A DNA stretch of 64,000 nucleotides from an uncultured virus (IMG/VR IMGVR_UViG_3300026488_000245) (IMGVR_UViG_3300026488_000245), one strand, 5' to 3'. Counted from the stretch's first letter, positions 25,685-39,736 are shown. Numbers and translations are program-made. Notes: generated by a model from the letters alone, not told the origin.

Positions 25685-28333
25685 ATGGTATTAAATGATA
25701 AAGAAGAATTTTGATTCATAAATTTTTTAGGCATAAAATATTTATCTAAAATATGAATAAAGAAAAAAGAAAAGTTAACTAAAGCAAATAAAGAAGAATA
25801 CATTAAAAGTTTATTAGATTATGTAATTAATTTTTTGAAACTGTGATTTTATTTAGACTTACAAGAATTATATGAAAATAAAGTAAGTTTAGATGAATTA
25901 GATGAAATATATAATTATTTATATAAAAAATATTGAATTAATCAGTCTGCAACTTTGTTTTCAGCTGACCAATTAAAAGATTTATCGCAGGAACAATTAA
26001 GAATATTAGTACTTTTGCATTATTTGACAGTATATTGAAGTAAGAAAGATGAGAACGAAGAAGAAGACGAAACAAATGATTATTCAGAGTATTCAGAAAT
26101 TCTCGAAGATATAGTAGATGTTTTCTTCCCAAATACTAAAAATTTTGAAGATTTAGAAGAAAAATTTGCAAGCTATTGAGATGATGTTATAGAATTTTTA
26201 AAAGTTAAATTAGCTTCTTATCCAAAAATTAAAGTTGATACTATAGATAATATAGAAAAAGAATTAAGTGAATTTTTTCTTTATTCGAAAATTTCACTTA
26301 ATGCTGAAGATTTAACAAATTTTAAAAAATTTTTTATTGAATCAGAAAGATATAAAAAATTTAATATTGATATAGAAAAAATAACACAGCGTGATATAAA
26401 AAGTATCCTTTTTGATGAATGAGTAATAAATGAATTTAATTCAGCACAAGAATTAGAATCATATATATTCTATACTTGATGATTTTCTGTTCCTATATAT
26501 CATAACAAGCAAAAAATAAAGAAATTAATTTGAAAATTAGATAAACTTGAATGAAATAAAAAAGGTAAATTAATAAAGATTTTAAGTGAATTTTTTGAAA
26601 AAATTTGATATTTAGAATTAATAAAAACAATTGAAAATTGAGAAATTACAAAAGATACATTAAAAAGAATGTTTAAACAAAATAAAAAATTATATGAATT
26701 TTTTAAAATTTATAAATCTCATCAAAAATTTTAGTCTATCATAATTGTATAGTAGTATTCAAATTATTTAAAAAGTAAACATTTCTATGCTGATGACAAA
26801 AAAATTAAAATTGTTAGACAAATACCAGAAATTGTATTCAAAAGTTGAATTATAAGAACAGATTTATGAAAAATTAGATTAAGCGCTATAAATAAAAATA
26901 AAGCATTATTAAAAAAACAAATTAAAAATAATTTAAATTATATAAGCCAATTTTTATGAGTTAAATATTTTTGATGTAATCCACTATTTTTAAGTGTATT
27001 TATTGAAGTATTAAAAGAAGAATTAAATAATTTTAAAAATGGTAAAAAAACTAATATAAAATTTAATAAGTTAGTAAGTCTTTATAATTATATATTATGA
27101 AAAATATATTTGAAAAATAAATGAACAAACAAATAGATTGCAATAGATAAAACATGAAGAGCAACACAAATAAGTTATAGTAACGAATTTAATATGGATA
27201 TGTAGAAAGAAATTTTAGATATTGTAAAAATTTTCATAAAAGAATATTTAAGAAGAGGAATAATTAGTTTAGTAAAAGAAAAATTAGAAAAAACAAAGAA
27301 AGAAAGAAAAAAATTAGAAGAAGAAATTTATAGATTAACTTGAATTAAATTAAATTATACAAGTAAATATTATTTATATTTAGATAATGATTTGAAATGA
27401 ATAAAAATACCAGCTTGATTTAAAAATTTAGAATGAGATTTAGGAAGATTTTCTTACATAAATTTAGAAACAATAAAAGAAGAATTTTGAGATTCATTAT
27501 AGTTATGATGATGAGTTAGATAGTTTGATAATGTTGATATAGATTTATTTGTTTGAGAATATAATTTATCTACATGATGATTTTCAATAAATTATTAGGC
27601 AGATTACGAATATAAAACTTCAAATTTCATTTTTTCTTGAGATATGACAGAACCTAAAGAAATATTATTACGTTATAAAGATTGAAAAATAGAAAGAAGA
27701 TATGAAGCTCTAGAAATAATGTATAAAAAATTAAATAATTTAGATGATTTAAATGATTATATCTATTTTATTGGATTCCAACTTTTCAGAATGCATAATA
27801 CACTTGCTTGATATAAAGAAAATTGTTGTAAATGAGAAAGTATTTTATTTTTAACTGATACAACTTTTTCAGAAGAAAGAGACGATGAATATAAAATAGA
27901 TAATATATTATTTAGAAAAGAATTTTCGTTGCATAAAGATTGAGCATATAATATTGATTTTATTTTATTTGACAAAAAAATTTGAATATTTAATTTTAAA
28001 AATGTAGTTGGTTCATGAAATTTAAGATATCTTGAAAAAATTTTCGCATGAGAATGATTAAAAAATTTTATTGAATTCTGACTAAATCATTATTTAAGTT
28101 TTTATGATGTTCTTTATTAGTCATTAAAGAAAGATATGTTAGTCACAGAAAAAGAAGAGTATGATTGAATAAGAAAAAAAGTTAAAGAAGAAATTATTAA
28201 AGAAATTGAGAAAAAAAATGAAATTGATTCAAATATAGAAAAATTAATTGATGAATATACTGAGAAATTATTCTTAAGATTTGATTTTTCAGAATTGAAA
28301 AATAAAATTAAAAGTTTTATTTCACAAATATAA
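25685..28333 (+). CDS. Large hypothetical protein (882 aa) with a TerD-like C-terminal region
   Basis: VR(TAG=W)FDNVDIDL and FIFSGDMTEP resemble the TerD-type W...DxDL and SGD motifs. Confidence 0.5.
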
Positions 28334-28344
28334 ATAATTTACTA

Positions 28345-29016
28345 TTAAAATCACTTTGTTTTATTCTTTATTTCATAGAAAAAATTTTTTGTTTTTATGC
28401 TTTTTAAGTTTAATATATTTAGAAGTTTATTAATATCTTTAACATTTATTTTTCATCTAAATACTATTCTATTTCATTTCTTTTTTATATTTAATGAAAA
28501 GTTTTCTAATTTTTCTTTTATTTTCTTTAAAATTTCATTATCATCTGAATATATAATTCAACTAATATAATTATTATTTATAAAAAACTTATAATAATAT
28601 TCTTTTCAATTAATATTTACTCTATAAGAATAATTATAAATTTTTTCTATTTTTTTCTCATAATTTTTAGTTTGATTAAATGAATTATTAAGTTTATTTC
28701 ATAATTCTTTTAAAAGCTGTTTTTCTTCTTCATCAAAAGCTTTTAGTTTATTAAATATATCATCAATATTATCTTTATATGCTAATTCTTTTAATAATTG
28801 TTCTTCAAATTTTTCTATATCTTCCAAAGAATATATATTTTTAATTTCATTTAATTCATTTTCTAAATTTTTTACTTTACTTTGCAAAACTTTTATTGAT
28901 TTATTTTTACTCTCTAATTCATTTCTAATTTTATTGTACTTATAAAGAAAATAAACAGAAGAACTTGATAAAAAAATTAACAAAATGCTTAAAACCTAAA
29001 ATACTGTTTTTCTCAT
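28345..29016 (-). CDS. Hypothetical membrane-anchored coiled-coil protein
   Basis: Extends ORF-track 28699-28983 through TAG/TGA; TAA stop. Confidence 0.65.
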
Positions 29017-29380
29017 TTTTTTAGCTAAATATATAAAAATAAAACTTAATAATTTAATTATATTTATAAAAATATTTTTATTAGTTTTTATAATTATAAT
29101 AATATTTAATTTGAAAATTTAGATAATATATAAAAATCTTAAAAAATGAAAAAATTTTTCAAAATATCAATAATAATTTCTATAATAATTTTAATAATTT
29201 AGAGTTTAAAACTTTTTATTTTGAATTGTTGTGTACATGCAAACATTTTTTTATGTAAAAAAATATGTATTATATATAATTTTATAAAAATGAAAATAAT
29301 TTATTTATTTAATTTAATTAAATATAAAATTTACAAATTATACATAAAATTAAAAATTTCAATTTTATGAAAATAATTTT

Positions 29381-32300
29381 TTAAACTATTTTTTTGTTGA
29401 CTATTGATTCAAATTTCTTGGTCAAATCTTTATCATTTAATACTATTGCATTTTCTTTTGAATATAAAATAGTAGGTGGTATATATAATTCAAATATACT
29501 ATTAATTGAATTAGTTCATTTTAATAATAGCATTAATTTATTAGCTTCGTCAATTAATCAATTAATTTTTGCTATATTTCAAGTATTATGTCTAATTGTG
29601 ATTGTGAAGAATTCTTGTGGATAGTATAATTTTAAATATCACATAATAAATGAAATAAGACTATAAGCCATACTATGAGACTTATTAAATGCATATCATG
29701 CAAAATTTATAATGTACTTTTCAACATATTTTCTAAATATATATTCATTTACTCAATATTTTTTAATAAAATTTTTCAAAGCATCATTAAAAATTTCTCT
29801 TATTTTCTCTCATTCTTCTGAATTATCATTTAATAAATGAATCTTTTTTCTTAATGTATCTACTTTTTTAAAGTTTATTCAAGATAGAGCAAAAAAATTA
29901 ATAATCTGCTCTTGATAAATATAAGTATTATAAGTTACTTTTGTTATATTTTTATGTATTTCATCTAATATTTTTATCGTTTTTTCAACCTCTTCTCTAT
30001 TGTTTATCTTTTTATCAAATTCTTCTAATTCTTCTTTATCAAATAATATAAACTCTTTTATTCAGTGTTTATAATTAGCAAAAGTAGGAATAAATTGCAT
30101 TGGTCAAGGTCTGTATAATGCTGATACTGCAGAAAGGTCTTCTATATTTGTTGGTTTAATTAATTTTAATGTGTTTTTAATTCATTCAGATTCAAATTGA
30201 AATATAGAATTAGTTATAGCATTCTGAAAAATTATTTCATATACATTTTGTACTTCTTCACTTTTTTCATTAACTTTGTCTAAAAGTTTTAAGTAAACGT
30301 TTCTCCAATAAAATTCGGTAGCTTGCCAAAGTTGTTTTTTGTCAGTAAATTTATTTAATTCAGGTGCATATAAATTTCTTTCTTTTTCTCTATTAAATAA
30401 TATTGTTTGTATAATTTCTTTAATTATTTGAATAGATTCTAGACTAAGAAAATCATATTTAATTAATCATAATCACATAATTTCTTTTTTTTCTAATTCC
30501 GTTATATATAGTGAAGAATTAACATCTTCTCTAAGTCATGTAAAATTATATAAATCATAGTTTGATATAACTACTCAACAAGCATGAACTCATAATCCTT
30601 TTGCTTTATCTAAGAAATATTTTAATGAATTGAAAACAGGTTTAAGAATATGCCAATATTTTTTTATATATTCTTTTCAAGAATCAGAAAGTTTTTCTAA
30701 TCATTCTCAAGTATCTATATAAGTTTTTATAAGTTTATAAATTTTTTCTCAAGGATTAGATTCATCTTCATCTATATAATTTTTGTATAAGATTTCTAAA
30801 TCTTGTGAAATTATATTTAAAATTTCAAAATCTATTCATGTATTTCTTGATAATTCCTTAAAAGCTGATTTTATTTTCATAGTCAAAACTGTTCAAATTT
30901 TAGCAACTCTATTTTCTCAAAATCTTTTTTTAACATAATTATATATTAAAGTTCTATCTCAAAAATCTACATCAATATCAGGTAAAATATCACTATCTTC
31001 TAATTCTTCGTTATCATAAATAATTCATTTTTCTTTTCTTTCTTCTTCAGTTTCAGCATAAAATATTTTTTGCGGTTTATAAATATGAATCATTCTTTCA
31101 AAAGAAAGTTCATATAGTTTAGGGTCAATATCAATAATATTTAATAAATAAGAAATTAATACTCATCATGCACTTCATCTTGATGGTCAAACAGCTACAT
31201 TATTAGTTTTTCAATAATTTACATAATCAGAAACTACTAAGAAATATGACGAATATCAAAGAAAAGAAATTACAAAATATTCATATTCAAATTCAATTAA
31301 TAAATCAGATAAATACCATTTTTTTGTATGTGTTGTATTCTCATAAAGAAAAACATTAGAAAAAATATTAATAAAATCTAAATTTATCTTTGGTTTAATT
31401 ATTTCTAATAAAGAACTTTTAGAAATATTTTCTCATCATTTTATTTTCTTTTGAATCTCAATATAATCATTTATATAATTTCATATAGGAAATAAATATT
31501 CTATAAAAAGATTTAACATTAAATATTTAACTTTCATATATTGCTTTAATAAAACACTTTTTTTATCTTCTTTAATTTTATTAATCTTTTCTATTTCATC
31601 TATAATTGTTTTAATTTTATTTTTCAATTGTTCATCTTTTATGCTTTCTAAATTTATTTTTTTAAAATTCTTGAATAAATAAATAAAATATCTATTAACA
31701 ATTCATCTAATTCATAAATATCTCAGAATAAAATCGTCTTTTTCTTTAAATATATCTTTATATTTTTTATATAATTCTTTTATATAAGAGATTTCTTCTT
31801 CAAATCATAAATTATAATCAAAAATTCAAGTATAATATGAAAGCTGAATATCATTTTTAACAATTTCTTCAGAAAATACTCATTTTTTATATCATAATAG
31901 ATGTTCTTTTATGTTGTCTATATCAAATGATTTAATATCTAATCTACATACAAAATCAATCTTTTTTGATAATTTATTAATATTCAATTTTTCTCTATTT
32001 TCTTTTTTGTTAAGTCATCTTTTTATAAATTCAATTAAATATTTTCTAAAAAATAAATAATATTTTTGATTAATTAAATAAAATTTTTCAAAAAAGTTTA
32101 AATTTATATTGTTTATTTTTGTTAATTTATAATATTCATTTAATAAAGTTTTTAAATTATTATCTTCTATCTTTCTAATAAATTTTTTATATAATTCGTC
32201 AATACTAATGTTATCCTCAATCTTAAATTGATTAATTAATTGTTTTCAATCAATTATTAATTTATTATATTTACTTTGTTTTATAAAAGAATTATAAGTA

Positions 32301-33424
32301 AAATAAAATAAAATAGTTACTAATAAATTATAATCTTCAAAAATTTTATCTAACTTTTCTACAAACTTATTTATATTGTTTTCATTTAATTTTTCTATTG
32401 AATTTAAATTTAATAATTTTAGATACTCATAATTATTAACTAAATATCTAAAGCTTTTATATACAATAAGATAATTTATTAAATTTGCAGCTAAATTTTT
32501 TATATTTTTTATATCTCAGCTACTTTTTATTTCTATTTCTTCTATTAGTGTTTTGCTTGCAGTTCATAATTTTAATAATTTTAAATATTCATTTTTTAAT
32601 TCAAAAAATTTATTTAATTTTTGTTTTATTTCTTCTTCGATATAATATTTTTTTGATTTTTTTCATAAAGTTTTATCTAAATATTTTCAAAGATTATTTA
32701 TAAAATTAGTTTTTCATTGAATAATTTGTCAAAATAATTTGTACATTTCTCAACAAAACGAAAGAAAACTTTCTATAATATTATCAAATTCTTTTTCTTC
32801 AACATCAAGATATAAATGAAAATAAGAATTCAATATATCTATTTTTTGATTTAAAATATTTTTAAAATCATTTAAATATATTAAATAAGTTATAAAGAAA
32901 TAATAGAATAAATCAGATTTTTTATTACCTCAAGCTGTATAATTTATAAAGGAAATTAATAATGAATTTAAAAATAAAAATATGTTTGTTATTCATTCAT
33001 TTATATTTAAATAATAATCTTTATTAATATCAACATTTTTATAATTGTTTGAAATAATATTCTCATAAATTACTTCGCTTATTCAAGCAACAGGAAAATA
33101 AAAAAAGTTTAAATTAGTTTTTCATCAAAAAATATTTTCATATTTTTCTATGTCATTTTTTGTCAAAATAGGAATATTTACATTTGCTATGTATCAAGAA
33201 TCATATTTTGTAAAATTAAAGTTTCATTTACTTATTGCTTCATTTATATCTCTTAATTTTTTGTTAGTATCAATAATATATCTATTTCAAAAAATATCAT
33301 TAATAAAAAATAATATTTTTCATTTTTTTGCTTCTTTAAAAATTCAAGTAGTCTTATTTTTTCAAATAATATATTCTCAATTAGGAAAAATTAATCATAA
33401 ATCATATCTTGAAGAAATTATCAT
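29381..33424 (-). CDS. dnaE: DNA polymerase III alpha subunit, N-terminally expanded and C-terminally truncated
   Basis: VGPSRGSAGG, PDIDVDF, GVHACGVVI, KYDFLSL, FQFES, SALYRPGP, YQEQI, FAGYAFNKSHS; start and all checked motifs share one frame. Confidence 0.88.
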
Positions 33425-33537
33425 TATAGAGAAAATTAAATTATAATTAAATCTTTTTTAATAATATAGAATAGAATATTTTTTACTTATAATGCAGAAA
33501 ATAAATTTTATTTATATAAAACAAGTATTAAAGATTT

Positions 33538-33945
33538 TTATTTTTTTAAATTTTTTATTTCTTTTAAATATCTAATAACAGATTCAGGTAATAAATATCA
33601 TAATACATCTTTTATAATTGGAGTAGTATAATCTAATATATACTTATCTTCGTCTTTGAAATAAATAACTGCTAATTCAAAATATCATTCGCTTCATCAA
33701 TAAGTATAAGGCGCTATTATAACTGATGCTCAATAATTATTGTCAAATTTAAAAATATATTGTACTGCTATCATTCAAGCTAAATCAAGAAACTTGAAAT
33801 CTTTTAAAAAAGGTAATAAATTATTTTTTTCTAATAATTCATTTAATTTCCTAATAGATTTTTTTTGTACATTTGATAAAAAATCAAATTTTTCTTTATT
33901 TTTTTCGATTATAGAATTTATATCTATTATTTTTTTTGTTTCCAT
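33538..33945 (-). CDS. Conserved hypothetical protein of a type I recall from phage genomes
   Basis: FKFDNNYGASVIIAPYTYGGSEGYFELAV...YTTPIIKDVLGYL. Confidence 0.6.
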
Positions 33946-33974
33946 TAGTATAAAATATTAAAAATATAAAATGA

Positions 33975-35327
33975 TTAACTTATAATATTTTTTAGTTCTT
34001 TAATATTTTTAATTTTAGAATAATCAATAATTTGTTCATTTTTATATCATAAGTTTAAAGCTTCTTTTATTCTTTTTTCATGCAAAGTTGTTTTTAATAT
34101 TTTTCAACTTAAATTTAATTCTCATATAAAAATTATATCTTTATTATATTTTTTTCATAAAATTGAATATATAATAGATGCAGCTATAGCTAAATCTAAT
34201 CATTTGTCATTAAATGAAATTTCTCATGGAATATTTATAAAAATATCTCTATCTTTTAAAGGCAGTTTTAAATAATTAATAAGTATAGATATTATTAAAT
34301 CTAATCTTTTATAATTAAATCATATTACATCTCTTTTAGGAAAGCTATATTGTTGAGGAGTGATTAAAGTTTCTATAGGTACTAAAATAGGTCTAGACTG
34401 GTCTAATCATATTCAAAGTATTCAATCAGAATTTTCTATTAAAAAATTTTGATAATTTTCTGTTTCTATCAATCATTTATCAGTCATCTCAAAAATACCT
34501 ACTTCATCTGAAGGTCAAAATCTATTTTTCTTTGCTCTTAAAAATCTATAATTTCAATACTTATCTCATTCAAATTGTAAAACTACATCAACAATATGCT
34601 CTAAATATTTAGGTCAAGCAATTTCTCAACCTTTTGTTATATGTCAAATTATAAATCAAGTTATTTCGTTTTTCTTTAAATAAAAAGTTAATTTTTCTGA
34701 TATATATTTTATCTGTGCTATTCATCAAGCAATTCAATCAATATTTTCTGAATATACAGTTTGAATAGAATCAAGCATAATAATATTTGGTTTTTCTTCA
34801 TCTATAATATTTAATATGTTTTCAATTTTTTCTTCATAAATTATAAAAATATTTTTTCAAATATAATTAATTAAATCAGGATATAATCTTATCAATCTTT
34901 CTATAATTTGTTCTTCTAATTCTTCTCAAGAAAAATAAATTATTTTTATATTTTTATTTTTTGTTATTAATTCATTAATTAATTTTAACAACAAAGTTGA
35001 TTTTCAAATTCAAGGTTCTCATCATAACAAATATATTCAAGCTTTTTTGATTCAATTAACTAGAATCCTTTTTAATTCCTTACTTTGAATATCATAATAA
35101 TAATAATATTTATTCTTATTTGAAAAATCACTTTTCAATTTACTTATAATTTCTTTTTTTCTTTCTATAATTTCTTTTCATTTATCTTTGTTAATTCTTA
35201 TTTTTTTCTTTTTTGTTTTTTCTTCTTCGTCTCAAAAAGCAACAAAAGTACCAAATTTTCAACAATTTGGGCATTTTCAAAGTTTTATAGCAGATACATA
35301 TCAACAATTATTACATTTATACTTCAT
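33975..35327 (-). CDS. radA: DNA repair protein RadA/Sms
   Basis: C4 zinc finger CNNCG..KCPNCG, GGEPGIGKSTL, DSIQT, GHITKGGEIAGPKYLEHIVD, KNRFG. Confidence 0.95.
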
Positions 35328-35437
35328 AAAAATATTATTTTATTGCTAAAATTAACTTAATATTAATTAATAATTAATATAGATTTGAAAATATATAAAA
35401 ATTTTTTATAATGAATATTTTAAATTTTGATAATAAA

Positions 35438-35974
35438 TTAATTTAAATATATAAATCAAGGTTCTATTTCAATTAATTGATATTTTTTATTCAAATCTAT
35501 TTTGCTTTTAGATAAAATATATATATTTCTATTTTTTCATTCTATTTTTCAAATACATTTATAAATGTTATATTTAAATATATAATGTAAAATTAAATTA
35601 TATATTTTATATTTATGAAATAAAAAAAGAAATATAAATGAAAATATTATAAATAATGTGTTTATAAAAATTTTGTTAAATAAAAATCATATACAGATTA
35701 TTATTAAAATAAAAGAGTAAAATGGAATAAAAAAATTATTCTTATTCTCTATTTTTTTTATTTCTACAAACTTTATATTATTCGGTTTTTTAACAATTTT
35801 TAAAAATAAATAAATAAAGTATATAATGAAAAAAAGTAAAATAAAATTTATCCAATATAAGAATAATAATTGTTTTATAGATATAATTCAATTAAAAAAA
35901 AATAAAAAAATAATGATGAATAATAATACAGAAATATTAGAAACAAATAAAATAAAATTAAATAAAAAATTCAT
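35438..35974 (-). CDS. Multi-pass membrane protein (about 4 TM), loosely KwaA-like architecture
   Basis: 178-aa frame from ATG to TAA filling the apparent intergenic gap; hydrophobic helices followed by a short soluble tail. Confidence 0.55.
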
Positions 35975-36011
35975 TTAATATTATTATTAAAAAAGCAAAA
36001 AAATATTTTTA

Positions 36012-36037
36012 TAAAACTATATTATAATATAGTTTTA
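36012..36037. promoter_or_regulatory. Perfect 26-bp palindrome made of two back-to-back CTATATTA motifs between divergent genes
   Basis: TAAAACTATATTATAATATAGTTTTA. Confidence 0.6.
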
Positions 36038-36063
36038 GCTTTTTTATTAAATGAATTAAAAAC

Positions 36064-36843
36064 ATGATTATTGAAAACAATGTAAAGAAAAAATTATATG
36101 ATATTTTCTTTTTAAATTCATTTAAAGATAATTTAAATGCTTTTATAGAAGATGTTTATAAAAGATTCGATTATGCTGATATTTATAAAATTAACGAAAT
36201 AAGTAATGATAAAGAGAAATTTATTATTACTTATTTATATTTAGTAAAATCAATATATAAATTAAGAGCAATATTATTAGATAAATTTTTATTACAAAAA
36301 TATCATGAAAAAGAATTAAAAACTTGATTTTTAATTTTATTTATTTTTTTAATAAATATTTCAAAGCATTTGCGAAAAATTATGAATATAAATTTATCTA
36401 AAGAAGAAAATCATTTCGTAGAAGAATTAACATCTGATTTGTTTAATTCATTAAATTTTAAAAATATAAATTCAGAAAAAAATAATATTTTTAAAGAAAA
36501 TATAAAAGAATTTATAAAATTTTATATAGCATTTAGATTTTCAAAACTAAAGTTATATTATTGAATTACAACTAAAAATATTTTTGATGAAAATAAAATA
36601 AAAGAAATAGAATATAGTTATTATACAATTAATAAAAAATACGAATTATTGATTACTATTTTAATGAGAATATTAAGAATTATCAAAATAATCGAAAAAA
36701 TTAAAATTATTGATTTTTACGAATATATATTTAAGAATAAAAATAAAGATAATTATAGTTATAAAAAGATTTTTGATGATATAATTGATATGTTGGTTTT
36801 TTATTTTTATTTAGAAGAAAATCAAAATTATTTCTCTAAATAA
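36064..36843 (+). CDS. Hypothetical protein
   Basis: Three in-frame ORF-track fragments joined through TGA=Gly. Confidence 0.7.
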
Positions 36844-37799
36844 TTAATTATTTTTTTCTAATCACCTGGTTTGAAATTATTAGGAGTAAGTCAGATGAAT
36901 AAAGGTGATTTAGAGATTATTGTATTTTTATATTGCTTTAATTCAGGTACCTAATTTAACCGATATTTAACTCATCTTTGAATAATAATTAAAGCATTTT
37001 CTTTCATTTTTTGTAAAACTATTTCTCTTTCAAATTGAAAACTTTTAAAATATATTTTTTTCTTTAATTTATATGACCTATAAGGTAAAAGCCTTAATAA
37101 AGAGATTTTCTTAAACAAAATATTTTCTTTATCTTGTCATAAAAATTTTTTAATCAATTTTAACTTCTTTTCCCAATATTTATATCATGATGTATAATTA
37201 TATTCATCTGCAGACTAAAGAAATCAAATATTTTTTTTATAATCTTGTATATTAATATATTTTAAATAATCAATTATTTTTCAAAATAGTTTATGAAAAA
37301 AAATCTATTCTGAATATATTTTAAATCAAGGATTATTATTTAAAAGAAGTATATTTGAAGTTTGTAAATTTCATACAAAAAGTTCAGGTATTATTTCAAA
37401 ATATAATTTATTTTCTAAATATTCATTTATTTTTTTCTTATTTTGAAAATAAATTTTTTTTATTTCATCTTTTTTATCTAAAAAATTATCATACAATTTA
37501 TCAAATAAATTTAAATAATATATTTTTTCTTCTTTTGAAAATAAATTATTGAAAATCTAATTATTATAAATACATAATTTATCATAATCTCATAAATAAT
37601 AATATACTTTGTTCTCTTTAAAAAATTTTTTTATATAATTTTCATCTTTATCTAGAAATTTATTAAAATTTCAAATTGTAAATAATATCATTAAAATCTA
37701 ATCTAATTTTTCTATATCATTTTTGAAAGTCTTTTTTGCTTCAATATAATTTTTTTTTAATTTATTAGAAAAATATTCATAAAAAGTATTACTGTTCAT
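36828..37799 (-). CDS. Hypothetical protein, possibly a GT-B glycosyltransferase
   Basis: Open frame of 323 aa, co-oriented downstream of the gp42-like gene; similarity to GT-B is weak and judged by eye. Confidence 0.4.
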
Positions 37800-37804
37800 A
37801 AAAA

Positions 37805-38962
37805 TTAATTAGAAAATAAAGAAACAAAATTTTTCAAATGATTAAATAATAATTCTTTATTTTTTTCTAAATTGTTTGCTATATTCTCATAAAATCATCA
37901 ATAAAGTTTTCTATAAAATTCATTATCGCTATGTCAACAACGAAGCGAATTTTCATATATTTCTCTTATATCTTCATAACTTTCTATTCTATAATCTTTT
38001 GAAGATAATAAAATTCAAGTAGGGTCATAATAGCAATCTTTACTTTTTACAGAAAATCATATCTGATTTACAAATAAAGCTTCTACTATTCTATATATCT
38101 CGCTATATTTATGATTTTCATAATTTTGTAAAAAGATAGTATATTTAGAATTTTTTTCAAAAAAGCTAAATGCCGGCTGATCTATTTTGCATTCCCAACT
38201 GCTTCAAATTTCGTCTTTTAACAATTTAGTGAGAGTTTCTGATTTTCAAAGCCATATAAATCAAGGTCTTCAAACAAATTTTTTCAATTGCTCCCATCTA
38301 TCTTTTTCATTTCATCAAAAAATAATTACATTTTGTTTTTTTAGCCATTCTTCATATAATGATTCTATTTTTAAATTCTTTTCTTTAAATTCTTTTAAGT
38401 AAGACCATATTCGTGGTATACTATGTCATACTGTTATTTTATTAGGACTTAATTTTTCTTTCCAATTTTTAAACATATAAACAGAAGTAATAACAATTTT
38501 ATCAAATATATCTTGCATTTTTATCTCATCATCAGTAAGATACCATGTATCAGAAACATAATAAATTACATTGTTTTTATATTTTTCTGCTAATTTTTTT
38601 ATAACATTATAATATTCATCTTTTTTAAAATTCATTGACCATTCAAGTATTAAAAATTCGTTTGATTTTAATGAATTCAAATTTTTTACTTCGTCCCATC
38701 ATATATATTCTAAATCAAAAAAATTAGCGAGAAATTTTGATAAATAAATTATAGCTCATAAAGCTCATCTATTAACTAAATTTAATTTTTTATCAGTTAT
38801 TTCTAATTCTCAATCTTTTTTAATCTTTATACCTGAAAATCAAATTTTATGATAATAAATTTTGGTTTTCTCACTACAAGATTTTTTTACTAAATTATTA
38901 ACATAATTTATATAATCATCAGATATAGAATGAAATTTTTTAGTTAATGTTTTTAATTCCAT
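37805..38962 (-). CDS. Putative GT-B glycosyltransferase
   Basis: YYVSDTW..FDKIVITS..; NVIIFGG; KYTIFLQNYENHKYSEIYRIVEAL resembles the C-terminal RxxEAL donor-binding segment of GT-B enzymes. Confidence 0.5.
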
Positions 38963-38999
38963 ATTTGTTAGATTTAAAAAATAAAAATATATTAATTTT

Positions 39000-39689
39000 T
39001 TATTTTTTTTCTTTATTTATTAATTCTTCTATTAATTTAAAATGTCTTTCATATATATGCAAATTCTGAACTTGCTAATAAATATTTCATTTTTCTATTC
39101 AAGGATAATCTTCTTTTAAGTCATTTAATAATTTAGTTAAAACATAGTCTTGCCAAGCTCTATCATTTTTATATCAAAAAACAACATCATTTGACCTCAT
39201 TTGAACTACACAATGAAGTTTATTATTTCTAATATAATATGAAACTGCATTAGTACAAATAAAATCATGCATTCAATTAACATTATATTCTTCATGAATA
39301 GAAGGTCTTGTATATATCATAATTGCTTTTCTACTATATGGATTTCTTCTCAATTCTCTTAAACAATGTTTATATTGCTCAAAATTTTCTTTCGACTAAA
39401 TCAAATATCAATAATTACTATTTATGTATCAGTCTTTATCTGAGACTTGCCTCTATATTTTTGGAGGATTAGGCATATCATAAACATTTAGAGATTGAGA
39501 TTCATACCATTGTATTTCTTTTTTTACATAATTCCGATTAACTTTTCAAAAAATAGCATCTTCATCTGCAATAAAAGAAGCTCATAATATTTCTATCATT
39601 TTTCAATTTCAATTAGGTTCTTCTACGAATTCTCAATTTTTATATTTTTCTATAAAGATTTTTCTTATGTCTTTTACAGTTAAATACAT
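39000..39689 (-). CDS. dCMP hydroxymethylase, T4 gp42-like (thymidylate synthase fold)
   Basis: IEILGASFIADE..FG, PKIW, INSNYG, IMIYTRPS, DFICTN, MRSNDVVFGYKNDRAWQ, LHIYERHF match T4 gp42 as I recall it, including ND at the cytosine-specificity position. Confidence 0.88.
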
Positions 39690-39736
39690 CTTTTATTATT
39701 TAACATATAAAAATTTACTTTTTAATAATATAAAAA

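Noticed and set aside
29017..29380. Gene, tRNA or DnaE continuation in the 360-bp gap
   Set aside because: Only short frames were found, with no cloverleaf or GC-paired structure
39000..39689. Ordinary thymidylate synthase thyA
   Set aside because: Lacks the LxPCH and GLPFN motifs and instead matches the gp42-type DFxCTN and GxxND motifs
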